63,034 bases of DNA from an uncultured Bacilli bacterium (GTDB lineage: Bacteria; Bacillota_I; Bacilli_A; RF39; UBA660): contig CALVQO010000001.1 of NCBI GenBank assembly GCA_944358145.1, positions 1-63,034 on the forward strand. The letters run 5' to 3'. Below the pieces are notes generated by a model, which was not told the origin of the DNA, made no database searches, and saw only the letters and a list, made by a program, of their open reading frames with translations. Shown in pieces: positions 27,219 through 36,974 of this stretch (its first letter is position 1; every line of letters begins with the position of its first letter). Both the position numbers and the translations under genes were made by a program.

Positions 27219-29063
27219 ATGTATTTTAAAGTTGTTAATGGTGCAGTAGATATTGGGGATAAGCGTATACTTGAAGAAGTTAATTTAGAGATAAAAGATA
27301 AAGATCATATTGCGATAGCGGGAAGAAATGGAGTAGGGAAAACTACTCTTTTAAAAGCATTAGTAAATCAAGAATTATTTAGTGAAGGGGTAGGAGAAGA
27401 AAAGTTTACTCTTACTATACTGGGTCATCCTGTAATTGGATATTTAAAACAAAATGAAGGATATCCTAAAGATCATACTTTATTAGAAGAAATATTAGAA
27501 GTTTATCAGTCTATTCGGGATGTAGAAAAAAGAATTGCAAAGTTAGAGGAGAAAATGGAAAATGGGACAGCAACTCATCTTGATATCGATTCTTATCTTG
27601 AATTAGAAGAATATTATAAAAATATTGGTGGGTATGAATATCAAAAAGAGTATTTGAATGCTTTAACTAAAAATGGGTTTTTAGTTGATGATCTTTCTAA
27701 GCCACTATCTTCTTTTTCTGGTGGAGAACAAACGAAAATTAGTTTTATTAAACTGCTTTTAAGTAAGCCAGATTTACTGTTATTAGATGAACCAACTAAT
27801 CATTTAGATATTTCAGGTATTTTATGGCTCGAAGAGTATTTACAACATTATCCTAAAACTTTTGCGGTTGTTTCTCATGATCGAATGTTTATTAATCATG
27901 TTGTTCATAAAATTTATGAAATTTCTTATGGAGAGACTCATCTTTATCTAGGTGATTATGAAGCTTATGAAAAAGAAAAGAAAAGAAGATATGATGAGCA
28001 ATTAAAAAGTTATGAACGTGAACAAAAAGAAATAGCACGTCTGAAAAGAATTGCCGATCGCTTTCGTTATAAGCCTTCTAAGGCTAGTATGGCAATGTCA
28101 AAATTAAAACAAATTGAGAGAATGGTAAAAACTGATCGACCAGAAAAAGAGAATCGAGCAACTTTTCATGTGAAGTTTGATTCCCTAAAAGAAAGTGGGC
28201 GAACTGTTTTAATGGTTGATCATTTGAAGTTCGGTTATGAATCTATTTTGGGTGAAGCTACATTTACTTTGGAAAAGGGACGAAGACTAGGTATTATTGG
28301 GGCTAATGGAACTGGTAAATCTACTTTTTTAAAAACGATTATGAATATAATTCCTAGTTTAGGTGGAACTTTTAGTTTGGGTTATCATGTTAGTGTTGCT
28401 TATTTTGATCAACAGTTAAATACATTAAATTCTAGTTTAACGATTTATGAAGAGTTTAAAAAAGATTTTCCGTCCCTTAATGATTATGAAATTCGGTCTT
28501 GTTTAGCTAGTTTTTTGTTTTATTATGAAGATTTGGATAAAAAAATTGAAGTGTTATCTGGAGGAGAAAAAGTAAGATTAGAGCTTTGTAAAGTCTTGCT
28601 TAAGAATGCTAATTTTTTGATTTTAGATGAACCAACGAATCATTTGGATATTTTATCTAAAGAAAAATTAGAAGATATTTTACTTCTTTATCCTGGTACT
28701 GTTTTATTTGTTTCTCATGATCGTTATTTTGTGAAAAAAATAGCAGATTCTATTTTGGAATTTTCTTCAGAGGAAATACATTATTATGATTATTGTTATG
28801 AAGATTATTTGGAAAAGAAAAAAGCTTTAGTAGAACAACAAGACTTACCTGTTCCGATAAAGAAAGAAAAAAAGCAAAAGGAAAGAGTTAATGGTGTTTC
28901 TTTGGATAAACAAATAGGAAAGTTAGAAAAAGAAATAGAAGAGTTAAAACAGGAATTGTTCTTAGAAAGTGTTTATACTAATCCTGAAAAATATCAAGAA
29001 ATTACAGAGAAAATAGAAATTTTAGAAGAAAAGTTAAATCATTTACTTGCTCAATGGGAATAA
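27219..29063 (+). CDS. ABC-F family ATPase (two ABC domains, no TM; translation-factor type)
   Basis: Walker A GRNGVGKT and GANGTGKS, signatures FSGGEQTK and LSGGEKVR, a charged linker and a C-terminal coiled coil. Confidence 0.9.
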   Translation: MYFKVVNGAVDIGDKRILEEVNLEIKDKDHIAIAGRNGVGKTTLLKALVNQELFSEGVGEEKFTLTILGHPVIGYLKQNEGYPKDHTLLEEILEVYQSIRDVEKRIAKLEEKMENGTATHLDIDSYLELEEYYKNIGGYEYQKEYLNALTKNGFLVDDLSKPLSSFSGGEQTKISFIKLLLSKPDLLLLDEPTNHLDISGILWLEEYLQHYPKTFAVVSHDRMFINHVVHKIYEISYGETHLYLGDYEAYEKEKKRRYDEQLKSYEREQKEIARLKRIADRFRYKPSKASMAMSKLKQIERMVKTDRPEKENRATFHVKFDSLKESGRTVLMVDHLKFGYESILGEATFTLEKGRRLGIIGANGTGKSTFLKTIMNIIPSLGGTFSLGYHVSVAYFDQQLNTLNSSLTIYEEFKKDFPSLNDYEIRSCLASFLFYYEDLDKKIEVLSGGEKVRLELCKVLLKNANFLILDEPTNHLDILSKEKLEDILLLYPGTVLFVSHDRYFVKKIADSILEFSSEEIHYYDYCYEDYLEKKKALVEQQDLPVPIKKEKKQKERVNGVSLDKQIGKLEKEIEELKQELFLESVYTNPEKYQEITEKIEILEEKLNHLLAQWE

Positions 29064-29124
29064 AATATTGTATTGATTTATTGGGAAAAATACTATAAAA
29101 TAATAATAGTCAAGGAGGATAAAA

Positions 29125-29982
29125 ATGAGAAAGTTTTTAAAAGTTTTAATCATGGGAGTTTTTATGCTTAGTTTATCAGGGTGTGGAGAAGATAAGCTTG
29201 CTAATAATCAAGTTTATACTACAATTTATCCAATTGAGTTTTTAACTAATTATTTATATGGAGAAGAGCGAGTAGTTAATAGTATTTATCCTAGAGGAGC
29301 AGATGTGGATAGCTATGAACTTACGGATATGCAAAAAAATAATTATAGTAAAGCCGGATTATTTGTTTATAATGGACTTACTGAAGAAAAAGAACTTGCT
29401 AGAGAATTTTTGAATAGTAATCCAGATTTATTATTAATTGATGTTTCCTATGGCTTAAATTATGAGTATGCAATAGAAGAGTTATGGTTAAGTCCTAATA
29501 ATTATTTGATGCTTGCTAAGAATATAAAAAATAATTTAGTTGATTATACGAATAGTACAGTGTTAATTGAGAGTATTGAAGATAGATATAATGAATTAGA
29601 AGAGACTTTATCTTTTATGGATGCTGAACTTAGAAGTGTGGCAACAGAAGCTAGAAGTGAAGGTAATCCTACCATAGTGGTATCTAGTAGTAAACTTGCC
29701 TTTTTAGAAAATTATGGATTTGATGTGATTTTACTTGATGGAGATATTAATGAAGATAGTATTATTGATGCAGTAGATGAAGGAACGATTACAGATATTT
29801 ATCTTTGTGATGTTGATGAGAAAACAGAATTAATTACTAATTTAGAAGAAAATTATGAGGCAAATATTATTCAAGTAGATACGATGTATACTTTGACTGA
29901 TGAAGAAGCTAGTAATAATGAAACTTATTTAACTATTATGAGAGATTTTATTGATCAAATTCGTAATACTACTTTAGGCTAA
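29125..29982 (+). CDS. ZnuA/cluster A-I-like solute-binding lipoprotein (orphan)
   Basis: Lipobox LSLSGC. VYTTIYPIEFLTNYL and AGLFVYNG resemble metal-SBP blocks. No permease or ATPase lies next to it. Confidence 0.55.
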   Translation: MRKFLKVLIMGVFMLSLSGCGEDKLANNQVYTTIYPIEFLTNYLYGEERVVNSIYPRGADVDSYELTDMQKNNYSKAGLFVYNGLTEEKELAREFLNSNPDLLLIDVSYGLNYEYAIEELWLSPNNYLMLAKNIKNNLVDYTNSTVLIESIEDRYNELEETLSFMDAELRSVATEARSEGNPTIVVSSSKLAFLENYGFDVILLDGDINEDSIIDAVDEGTITDIYLCDVDEKTELITNLEENYEANIIQVDTMYTLTDEEASNNETYLTIMRDFIDQIRNTTLG

Positions 29983-30037
29983 ACTTGAGTTTAGCCTTTT
30001 CATATGATAAAATATTAGTACTGGAGAGTGATACATT

Positions 30038-31345
30038 ATGTTTGAATATATGGGAGATCGAATTAGTAAAGCTATTAAAAATATCCGAGGAATGGGTACA
30101 ATTACGGAAGAAAATATTAGCGATGCTATGCGTGAAATTCGTTTTGCTTTACTCGAGGCTGATGTTAATTATCAAGTAGTTAAAGAATTTGTAGCTAGTG
30201 TTAAAGAAAAAGCTTTGGGACTTGATGTTTCTAAAAGTTTGAAGCCTGATGAATTGTTTATTAAATTGGTTAAAGATGAATTAATTGAACTTTTAGGTGG
30301 AGAATATGAAGCTTTAAAAGTAAATAGTGGAACTACTGTTTTAATGTTATGTGGACTTCAAGGTAGTGGTAAAACAACAACTGCTGGAAAACTTGCTAAT
30401 TATGTTAGAAAAAAACATAATAAAAAGCCTTTGCTTGTGGCTTGTGATATTTATCGTCCTGCAGCTATAGAACAATTAGTAGAAATTGGAAAGAGTTTAA
30501 ATGTTCCGGTATTTACTAAGGGAAAAATTGATCCTGTCCAAATTGTTCGAGAAGCTATGGATTATGCTAAAGAAAATCATTTAGATTATATTATTATTGA
30601 TACAGCAGGTCGTTTGCAAATTGATGAGGCACTAATGCAAGAACTTAAAGATATTAGTTCTAACTTTAAAATTGATGAGACTATTTTAGTTATTGATGCT
30701 ATGATGGGACAAGATGCTATTAATGTTATTACCGGTTTTAATAATGAATTAAAACTTACAGGTACTATTCTTACTAAGTTAGATGGTAATACTAAGGGTG
30801 GTGTTGCTTTATCTGTTCGTCATTTAACTCATATTCCAATTAAGTTTGTGGGAGATTCTGAAAAAATGGATGGCTTAAGAGAGTTTTATCCAGATCGAAT
30901 GGCTGAGCGAATTCTTGATATGGGAGATATTTTAGGAATAGCTGAAAAAGTAGAAGGTTTAATTAGTGAAGATGATGCAAAAAGTCAAGTAGCTAAAATG
31001 CGTAAAGGAAAATATGATTTAGAAGATTTTTTAACGAATATTAAACAAATTAAAAAATTAGGACCTTTAGAAAATATTTTGAAAATGCTTCCTGGCGCTA
31101 GAAAGATGGGACTTAATCAAATTAATATTGATCCTAAACAAATCGCTCATGTAGAAGCAATAATTAGTTCTATGACACCTAAAGAAAGAAAAAATCCTGA
31201 TATTTTAAAGGCTAGTCGTAAACAGAGAATTGCTCGTGGTAGTGGAGTTAGTGTTGAGGAAGTTAATCGTTTATTAAAGCAATTTGAATCCATGAAAGAG
31301 ATGATGAAGAAATTGAGTAATGGTAATATGAAAATGCCATTTTAA
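30038..31345 (+). CDS. ffh: signal recognition particle protein Ffh
   Basis: N and G domains with GLQGSGKTTT, DTAGR and TKLDG, plus a Met-rich M domain. Confidence 0.95.
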   Translation: MFEYMGDRISKAIKNIRGMGTITEENISDAMREIRFALLEADVNYQVVKEFVASVKEKALGLDVSKSLKPDELFIKLVKDELIELLGGEYEALKVNSGTTVLMLCGLQGSGKTTTAGKLANYVRKKHNKKPLLVACDIYRPAAIEQLVEIGKSLNVPVFTKGKIDPVQIVREAMDYAKENHLDYIIIDTAGRLQIDEALMQELKDISSNFKIDETILVIDAMMGQDAINVITGFNNELKLTGTILTKLDGNTKGGVALSVRHLTHIPIKFVGDSEKMDGLREFYPDRMAERILDMGDILGIAEKVEGLISEDDAKSQVAKMRKGKYDLEDFLTNIKQIKKLGPLENILKMLPGARKMGLNQINIDPKQIAHVEAIISSMTPKERKNPDILKASRKQRIARGSGVSVEEVNRLLKQFESMKEMMKKLSNGNMKMPF

Positions 31346-31353
31346 GGAGTTAT

Positions 31354-31755
31354 ATGAAGAAGTTTATTGTTGTATTGTCTTCGATATTTGAATTAGTATT
31401 TTATACATTTTTTATGGTACTTATTGGAAATGTTAATATTACTAATCAAGTAATTAGTTTAATTGTTCATTTTTTATCGATGATTGTGGTAGCTAGTTTG
31501 TTTTATTTTCTTATTCGTTTTATTTTTAGTAAGTTAGAGATGAAAGCTAAAAAATATATTTATTATATGGTAATTGCTAATTTTATTGTAGGGGCTATTG
31601 TACCAGTATTTTTAATTATTATTATTCCTAATGAGGCTCTTACTACTTTTGCTTTTTTGATGGTTGTTAGTACTATTTATTATGGAATATTTATTAATTT
31701 AGTTATTTGTATTTTAAATTATTTTCTTACTAATCGGTATAAAAAATTGGGATAA
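31354..31755 (+). CDS. hypothetical 4-TM membrane protein
   Basis: Four hydrophobic helices. Tight spacing after ffh. Confidence 0.5.
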   Translation: MKKFIVVLSSIFELVFYTFFMVLIGNVNITNQVISLIVHFLSMIVVASLFYFLIRFIFSKLEMKAKKYIYYMVIANFIVGAIVPVFLIIIIPNEALTTFAFLMVVSTIYYGIFINLVICILNYFLTNRYKKLG

Positions 31756-31805
31756 ATACCTATGCATTATTATTTCTTTGTCATAAGATAAACTAGAAAG
31801 GGAAA

Positions 31806-32183
31806 GTGATTATCTTGAAAGTAAATAATAATCGTGATTATGAATCAATGAAAACAGAAGCATATTATGATCATCAATATAAAGCAACAGATAAAGAAGG
31901 ATATCCAGAAGCAGGATGTTGTGATATGAATATGGGTATGGGTATGGGAATGGCTATGCCTAATATGATGGGAGAAACCATCCCTGGAGTAGTATGTCCA
32001 CCGGTTTATGAGTGCCCTAGAGAAACCATATGCCATCGATATATTTGTCATGAAGTTCCCCATATTATCCCATGTAATACGAGAATTATTAATCATCATA
32101 TTTATCGTCATACTTATGCACCAACTTATTCTTGTTGCGAAGAGAATGAAGTACAAAATGTTTATGAAAGAAGATGCTGCTAA
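31806..32183 (+). CDS. CotD-like spore coat protein (start uncertain)
   Basis: Cys/His-rich with HEVPHIIPCNTRIINHHIYRHTY, as in the CotD family, and an MGMGMGM repeat. Possible starts are at 31806, 31815 and 31848. Confidence 0.55.
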   Translation: MIILKVNNNRDYESMKTEAYYDHQYKATDKEGYPEAGCCDMNMGMGMGMAMPNMMGETIPGVVCPPVYECPRETICHRYICHEVPHIIPCNTRIINHHIYRHTYAPTYSCCEENEVQNVYERRCC

Positions 32184-32286
32184 TCTTCTTTTTGTTTATA
32201 GGAAAGTATATGGATTTCATTCATTTATGCTTTGAAGATTAGTTTTTAAAATTAATCTTTTTTCATATATTTTATTGGTGAAATAG

Positions 32287-33063
32287 ATGAATTTAAAGTT
32301 AATTGTTCAGGGATTTATTGTAGGTGTTGGTAAGATTATACCGGGTGTAAGTGGGGCTATGATGGCTATACTCATGGGAATATATGAGGATTTAATGGAA
32401 GCAGTAACTAGATTTTTTGATGATAAAAAGAAACATTTTTGGTTGCTTCTTAATTTTGGAATTGGGTTGTTTATTGCTATTGTATTATTTAGTAAAGTTA
32501 TTTTATTTTTATTAACTAATTATTATGATGTTACGATTTATTTGTTTTTAGGATTAATTACAGGTACTGTTTTTCAGTTTAGAAAACAGGTTTGTTTTAA
32601 TTCTAAAAATATTTTTCTTTTTCTTGTTGCTTTATTAGTGATGTTTGTATTACCTTTTTTACAAAATAGTCAATTGTATGTTTTTCAAAATTCTTTTTTT
32701 CATTATTTTTATGTTGTTTTATTAGGAGGGATAGATGCTTTAACTTCAATTGTTCCGGGAGTGAGTGGAACTGCTATATTTATGATGCTTGGCTCTTATG
32801 AATTTGTTTTAACAGTTTTAGGTAATCCTTTTTCTTTTCTCTTTGTTTTATATGTTGGGGGATTAGTTTTAGGAGTTATATTTACTTGTTATTTGATGTA
32901 TTATTTGCTTAAGCATAGAAAGAAAGAGACAAATATTGTTATTTTTGCTTTTTCTATAGCTTCTATTCTTTTACTTTTTATTAGAGTTAGTAGTAGTATT
33001 AATTTCTTTTTGATCTTTATTTTTATTATAGGAATGATTTTTGGCTATTTGTTTGATCAGTAA
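32287..33063 (+). CDS. DUF368 family membrane protein (polyprenyl-phosphate transporter family)
   Basis: Two internal repeats, each with the PGVSG motif (IIPGVSGAMMAILMGIYE and IVPGVSGTAIFMMLGSYE), and 8 TMs. Confidence 0.75.
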   Translation: MNLKLIVQGFIVGVGKIIPGVSGAMMAILMGIYEDLMEAVTRFFDDKKKHFWLLLNFGIGLFIAIVLFSKVILFLLTNYYDVTIYLFLGLITGTVFQFRKQVCFNSKNIFLFLVALLVMFVLPFLQNSQLYVFQNSFFHYFYVVLLGGIDALTSIVPGVSGTAIFMMLGSYEFVLTVLGNPFSFLFVLYVGGLVLGVIFTCYLMYYLLKHRKKETNIVIFAFSIASILLLFIRVSSSINFFLIFIFIIGMIFGYLFDQ

Positions 33064-33126
33064 AATTCTTGGGAATTTAAGTAAATAATTGTTGCAATTT
33101 CTTTTGTTTTGTGTTAAATTATAGGT

Positions 33127-33146
33127 GAACACGAAAGTGTTTTTTT
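33127..33146 (+). terminator. small GAAA-tetraloop hairpin plus T-run upstream of secE
   Basis: GAACAC-GAAA-GTGTT followed by T6. Confidence 0.45.
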
Positions 33147-33173
33147 AAATACTTTAATTTAGAGGGGATCGAA

Positions 33174-33428
33174 ATGGCAAAAAAAGAAGAAGTAAAAGAT
33201 GAAAAAAAATCTACAAAAGTGAAAAAGGCAAAAAAAGAGACTAAAGAAAAAGTTAAGAAAGAAAATTTCTTTGTTGGTGTTAAATCAGAACTTTCTAAAG
33301 TAAAATGGCCTACAAAACAAGAAGTTGTTAAATATACTATTGCTACTTTAGTGTTTATTGTTATTTTAGTGTTATTTTTTGTATTACTTAGTTTACTTAT
33401 GTTTGTAATAAAGGGGGCTTTTAACTAA
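33174..33428 (+). CDS. secE: preprotein translocase subunit SecE
   Basis: Lys-rich N-terminus, a single C-terminal TM, the motif ELSKVKWPT, and a position immediately upstream of nusG. Confidence 0.85.
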   Translation: MAKKEEVKDEKKSTKVKKAKKETKEKVKKENFFVGVKSELSKVKWPTKQEVVKYTIATLVFIVILVLFFVLLSLLMFVIKGAFN

Positions 33429-33961
33429 TGGAAAAAGAGTGGTATGTTGTTAATACTTATTCTGGTCATGAATCAAAAGTTAAAGAAAAACTAGAAGCTA
33501 GAACTGAATCTATGGGAATGCAAGATTATATTTTTCGTGTAATTGTTCCAGAAACTACTGAAGTTGAAGTTAAAGATGGGCAAAAAAAAGAAAAAAAGAA
33601 AAAAATGTTTCCTGGTTATGTATTAGTTGAGATGATTATGAGTGATGAAGCTTGGTATATTGTTCGTAATACTCCTGGTGTAACTGGATTTATTGGCTCT
33701 AGTGGCAAGGGTGCTAAACCTACACCATTACTACCTTCAGAAATTGATAAGATTTTAGCTGGTATGGGTATGAGTCGTGTTAATATTGAATCAGAAATGG
33801 CTGTAGGAGATAAAGTAAGCATTATTGATGGTCCATTCAAAGGTATGATGGGTAAAGTTGATAGTATTGACTTAGAAAATAATCGCTTAAATGTTTTAAT
33901 TGATTTATTTGGACAAGAAACGCCTGTTGAAGTTGAAGTTTATCAAGTTAGTAAAGCATAG
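33428..33961 (+). CDS. nusG: transcription termination/antitermination factor NusG
   Basis: WYVVNTYSGHE NGN domain, and a KOW motif GDKVSIIDGPFKGMMGKV. Confidence 0.95.
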   Translation: MEKEWYVVNTYSGHESKVKEKLEARTESMGMQDYIFRVIVPETTEVEVKDGQKKEKKKKMFPGYVLVEMIMSDEAWYIVRNTPGVTGFIGSSGKGAKPTPLLPSEIDKILAGMGMSRVNIESEMAVGDKVSIIDGPFKGMMGKVDSIDLENNRLNVLIDLFGQETPVEVEVYQVSKA

Positions 33962-33988
33962 AGTAAGAAATTCGTTCTTGCTCTTTTC
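33962..33988 (+). terminator. terminator after nusG
   Basis: AGTAAGAA-ATTCG-TTCTTGCT hairpin (one G-U pair) followed by CTTTTC. Confidence 0.5.
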
Positions 33989-34026
33989 TATTGGGAAGTG
34001 TTAAACTGTTGTTAGGAAGTGATCAT

Positions 34027-35040
34027 ATGATTTATCCAACATTTATTAAAAAGGGCGATACTATTGGAGTTTGTGCTCCTTCAAATGGTATTACAAGAGA
34101 AGCAAAAGTAAATCGTTTTAATCATGCTATAGAAAGTATTCATGAAAAAGGATATCAAGTAATAGAGACTCCTCATGTTCGAACGAATGATGATTATGCT
34201 AGTAGTGATGCTAAGATGAGAGCACAAGAGTTGGCAAGTTTATATCAAAATCAAGAAGTGAAGGCAATTATTTGTGCTACTGGTGGCGAATTTTTGTTAG
34301 AAATGCTTACTTTTTTTGATTTTTCGGTTGTTAAAAATAATATTAAGTGGTTACAAGGGTATTCTGATCCGACGGGTCTATTATTTACAATTACGACAAA
34401 CTTGGATATAGCAACCATTTATGGACATAATTTTGCTGGCTTTGGAATGGATGTTTGGCATAAATCATTGGAAAATAATTGGGATATTTTAAATGGAAAT
34501 TTAATCGTTCAAAAAAGTTTTGATTATTATGAGAGTGCCCCAAATGAAGAAGTTACTGGTTTAGAAGAATATCATCTAGATACGCCTGTTTATTGGAAAA
34601 ATTTGCGTGATGAAGAAGAAATAATTATCAGTGGTCGTATGATTGGTGGCTGTATTGATATTATAACGGAGCTTTTTGGGACAAGATTCGATAAAACAAA
34701 AGAGTTTATCGAAAAATATAAAGATGATGGAATTATTTGGTATTTTGATAATTGTGAGTTATCTTGTGAGGATTTAGTACGAACTTTATGGAAGTTTAAA
34801 GATAATGGCTGGTTTTTATACTGCAATGGGATTATATTTGGTAGAAGTGCATGCCATGAGAGTAATTTTGGAATTACTTTTGATGAAGCAATAAGACGAG
34901 TATTGGGTGAGCTAAATATACCTATCATTATTGATGCTGATTTTGGACATGTTCCTCCAAGAATGACAATTATTAATGGAGCATATGCAACAATTGTTAG
35001 TAAAAAAGGAAAAGGAACAATACAGTTTGAGCTAAAATAA
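34027..35040 (+). CDS. S66 family LD-carboxypeptidase / MccF-like peptidase
   Basis: GDTIGVCAPS N-terminus, LQGYSDPT (nucleophile Ser) and FGHVPP near the C-terminus. ATG 34027 follows AGGAAGTGA. Confidence 0.75.
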   Translation: MIYPTFIKKGDTIGVCAPSNGITREAKVNRFNHAIESIHEKGYQVIETPHVRTNDDYASSDAKMRAQELASLYQNQEVKAIICATGGEFLLEMLTFFDFSVVKNNIKWLQGYSDPTGLLFTITTNLDIATIYGHNFAGFGMDVWHKSLENNWDILNGNLIVQKSFDYYESAPNEEVTGLEEYHLDTPVYWKNLRDEEEIIISGRMIGGCIDIITELFGTRFDKTKEFIEKYKDDGIIWYFDNCELSCEDLVRTLWKFKDNGWFLYCNGIIFGRSACHESNFGITFDEAIRRVLGELNIPIIIDADFGHVPPRMTIINGAYATIVSKKGKGTIQFELK

Positions 35041-35042
35041 AG

Positions 35043-35089
35043 TTGGAAAATGTTTATTGTAGATTAGTTTAGCATTTTCCAATTTTTTT
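35043..35089 (+). terminator. strong intrinsic terminator
   Basis: TTGGAAAATG ... CATTTTCCAA 10-bp stem followed by T7. Confidence 0.8.
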
Positions 35090-35164
35090 CTTAAATTAAT
35101 ACATTATTTGCTCGATTTTCGTACATTAGTTTGATATAATAATGTTAAAAATCAGGAGGGTTAT

Positions 35165-36028
35165 ATGAATGAAATTGTAAAAGATGAAGTGATTATTGAA
35201 AATTTAATTTATGAAGTTCGTGGAAAGCAGGTAATGCTTGATAGTGATTTGGCCAAACTCTATCAAGTTGAAACGAAAAGAATTAATGAAGCAGTTAGTA
35301 GAAACGTCGAAAAATTTCCTGAAAGGTTTTGTTTTAGAATTACTGAAAAAGAATTTGATTTTTTGAAGTCGCAAATTGCGACTTCAAAAGGTGGCTCTAG
35401 AAAAGGACACTCAGTTTTTACTGAGCAAGGAGTTGCCATGTTAGCTACAATTCTTAAGTCTAAAGTGGCTACTCAAGTAAGTATTGCCATAATGGATGCT
35501 TTTGTTCTCATGCGTAAATATATTTCAGGTAATTTAATTGAACAGCAAAAACTTTATGATTTGGTATTAGAGGATCATCATAGAATAGATAGGCTTGAAG
35601 ATACATTTCAAAAATTTGAAGAAAAACGAAAAATCCATGAAATATATTTTAATGGCCAAATTTATGATGCTTATTCTAAGATATTGGGTATTTTTAATTG
35701 TGCTAAAAAGGAATTAATCATCATTGATAGTTATGCTGATAAGAAAATTCTTGATATTATTAAGGACTTAGATATAAAAGTAGTGATTATAACCAAGAAG
35801 AATCATTTATTGAAAGAGTCAACCGTAGAAGAGTATCATAAAGAATATCATAATTTAACATTAAAATATAATGATACATTTCATGATCGGTATTTTATAT
35901 TAGATAAAAGGGTTGTTTATCATTGTGGGGCTAGTATCAATCGAATTGGTTATAAAACATTTTCAATTAATTTGATTGATGATAAGGATATTTGTTGTTT
36001 GTTAATTGATAAAATAAATAGGATTTAG
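35165..36028 (+). CDS. ORF6N (KilA-N-related) DNA-binding domain protein with C-terminal HDRYFILD domain, copy 1
   Basis: The ORF6N block is IYEVRGKQVMLDSDLAKLYQVETKRINEAV..N..KFPERF. The C-terminal block is IIDSYADK ... FHDRYFILD ... YHCGASINRIGYK. Confidence 0.75.
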   Translation: MNEIVKDEVIIENLIYEVRGKQVMLDSDLAKLYQVETKRINEAVSRNVEKFPERFCFRITEKEFDFLKSQIATSKGGSRKGHSVFTEQGVAMLATILKSKVATQVSIAIMDAFVLMRKYISGNLIEQQKLYDLVLEDHHRIDRLEDTFQKFEEKRKIHEIYFNGQIYDAYSKILGIFNCAKKELIIIDSYADKKILDIIKDLDIKVVIITKKNHLLKESTVEEYHKEYHNLTLKYNDTFHDRYFILDKRVVYHCGASINRIGYKTFSINLIDDKDICCLLIDKINRI

Positions 36029-36069
36029 AACTATTATTTTAATTTACATGTGAAAATAGGAGGTTTTGG

Positions 36070-36948
36070 ATGAATAATATTGATTTAAAAGAAGATAAAA
36101 TTGAAAATTTAATTTATGAAATAAGAGGAAAACAAGTAATGCTTGATAGTGACTTAGCAAAACTCTATCAAGTTGAAACGAAAAGAATTAATGAAGCTGT
36201 AAAAAATAATAAAGATAAATTTCCTGAAAGATTTTCGTGGAAATTAACAAAGGATGAAAGTAAAACTTTTTTGGACGAAAATTTCGACCAAAAAATGGAG
36301 ACTCGAGGCGGTCGATATAGTTGTCCGCGGGTTTTTACTGAGCAAGGGGTTGCCATGCTAGCCACAATTCTTAAGTCTAAAGTCGCTACTCAAGTAAGTA
36401 TTGCCATAATGGATGCTTTTGTTGCTATGCGTAAATATATATCTAATAGTTTAATAGAACATCAAAATCTTTATGATTTAGTATTAGAAGATCATCACAG
36501 AATAAATAATCTTGAAGATACATTTCGAAAATTTGAAGAGAAAAGAAAAGTGAATGAAATCTATTTTGATGGACAGATTTATGATGCTTATTCTAAGATA
36601 TTAGATATTTTTAAGAGTGCTAAAAGTAAACTTATTATTGTTGATTCTTATGCCGATAAAATATTACTTGATATCATTAAAGTAGTAGATGTTAAAGTAA
36701 CGATTATTACTAAGTCTAATAATTTATTAATGAAACAGGATATAGAAAATTATAACAAACAGTATCATAATTTAACTGTAAAGTATGATAATACTTTTCA
36801 TGATCGATATTTTATATTAGATAATAAAATACTTTATCACTGTGGGTCTAGTATTAATAGGATAGGATATAAAACTTTTTCTATTACTTTAGTAGGTGAT
36901 GCTGATATGTGTAGATTATTAATGGATAAAATAAATAAAATTGTATGA
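36070..36948 (+). CDS. ORF6N domain protein with C-terminal HDRYFILD domain, copy 2 (tandem paralog)
   Basis: Same architecture as copy 1. One DNA segment is 89/93 identical between the copies (36331-36423 versus 35414-35506). Confidence 0.75.
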   Translation: MNNIDLKEDKIENLIYEIRGKQVMLDSDLAKLYQVETKRINEAVKNNKDKFPERFSWKLTKDESKTFLDENFDQKMETRGGRYSCPRVFTEQGVAMLATILKSKVATQVSIAIMDAFVAMRKYISNSLIEHQNLYDLVLEDHHRINNLEDTFRKFEEKRKVNEIYFDGQIYDAYSKILDIFKSAKSKLIIVDSYADKILLDIIKVVDVKVTIITKSNNLLMKQDIENYNKQYHNLTVKYDNTFHDRYFILDNKILYHCGSSINRIGYKTFSITLVGDADMCRLLMDKINKIV

Positions 36949-36974
36949 AAAAAGCAACTTGTTGGTTGCTTTTT
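36949..36974. terminator. bidirectional terminator
   Basis: AAAAGCAAC-TTGTTG-GTTGCTTTT between convergent genes. Confidence 0.7.

Noticed and set aside
31756-31805. CATAAGATA upstream of the CotD-like gene resembles a sigma-K -10 element (CATAnnnTA).
   Set aside because: No AC -35 element lies at the required 16-17 nt spacing, so the evidence is too weak to call a promoter.
31845-32235. ORFs 31845-32156(-) and 32008-32235(+) overlapping the CotD-like gene.
   Set aside because: The CotD-like frame carries the family His/Cys pattern, and the others are shadows of that repetitive coding sequence.
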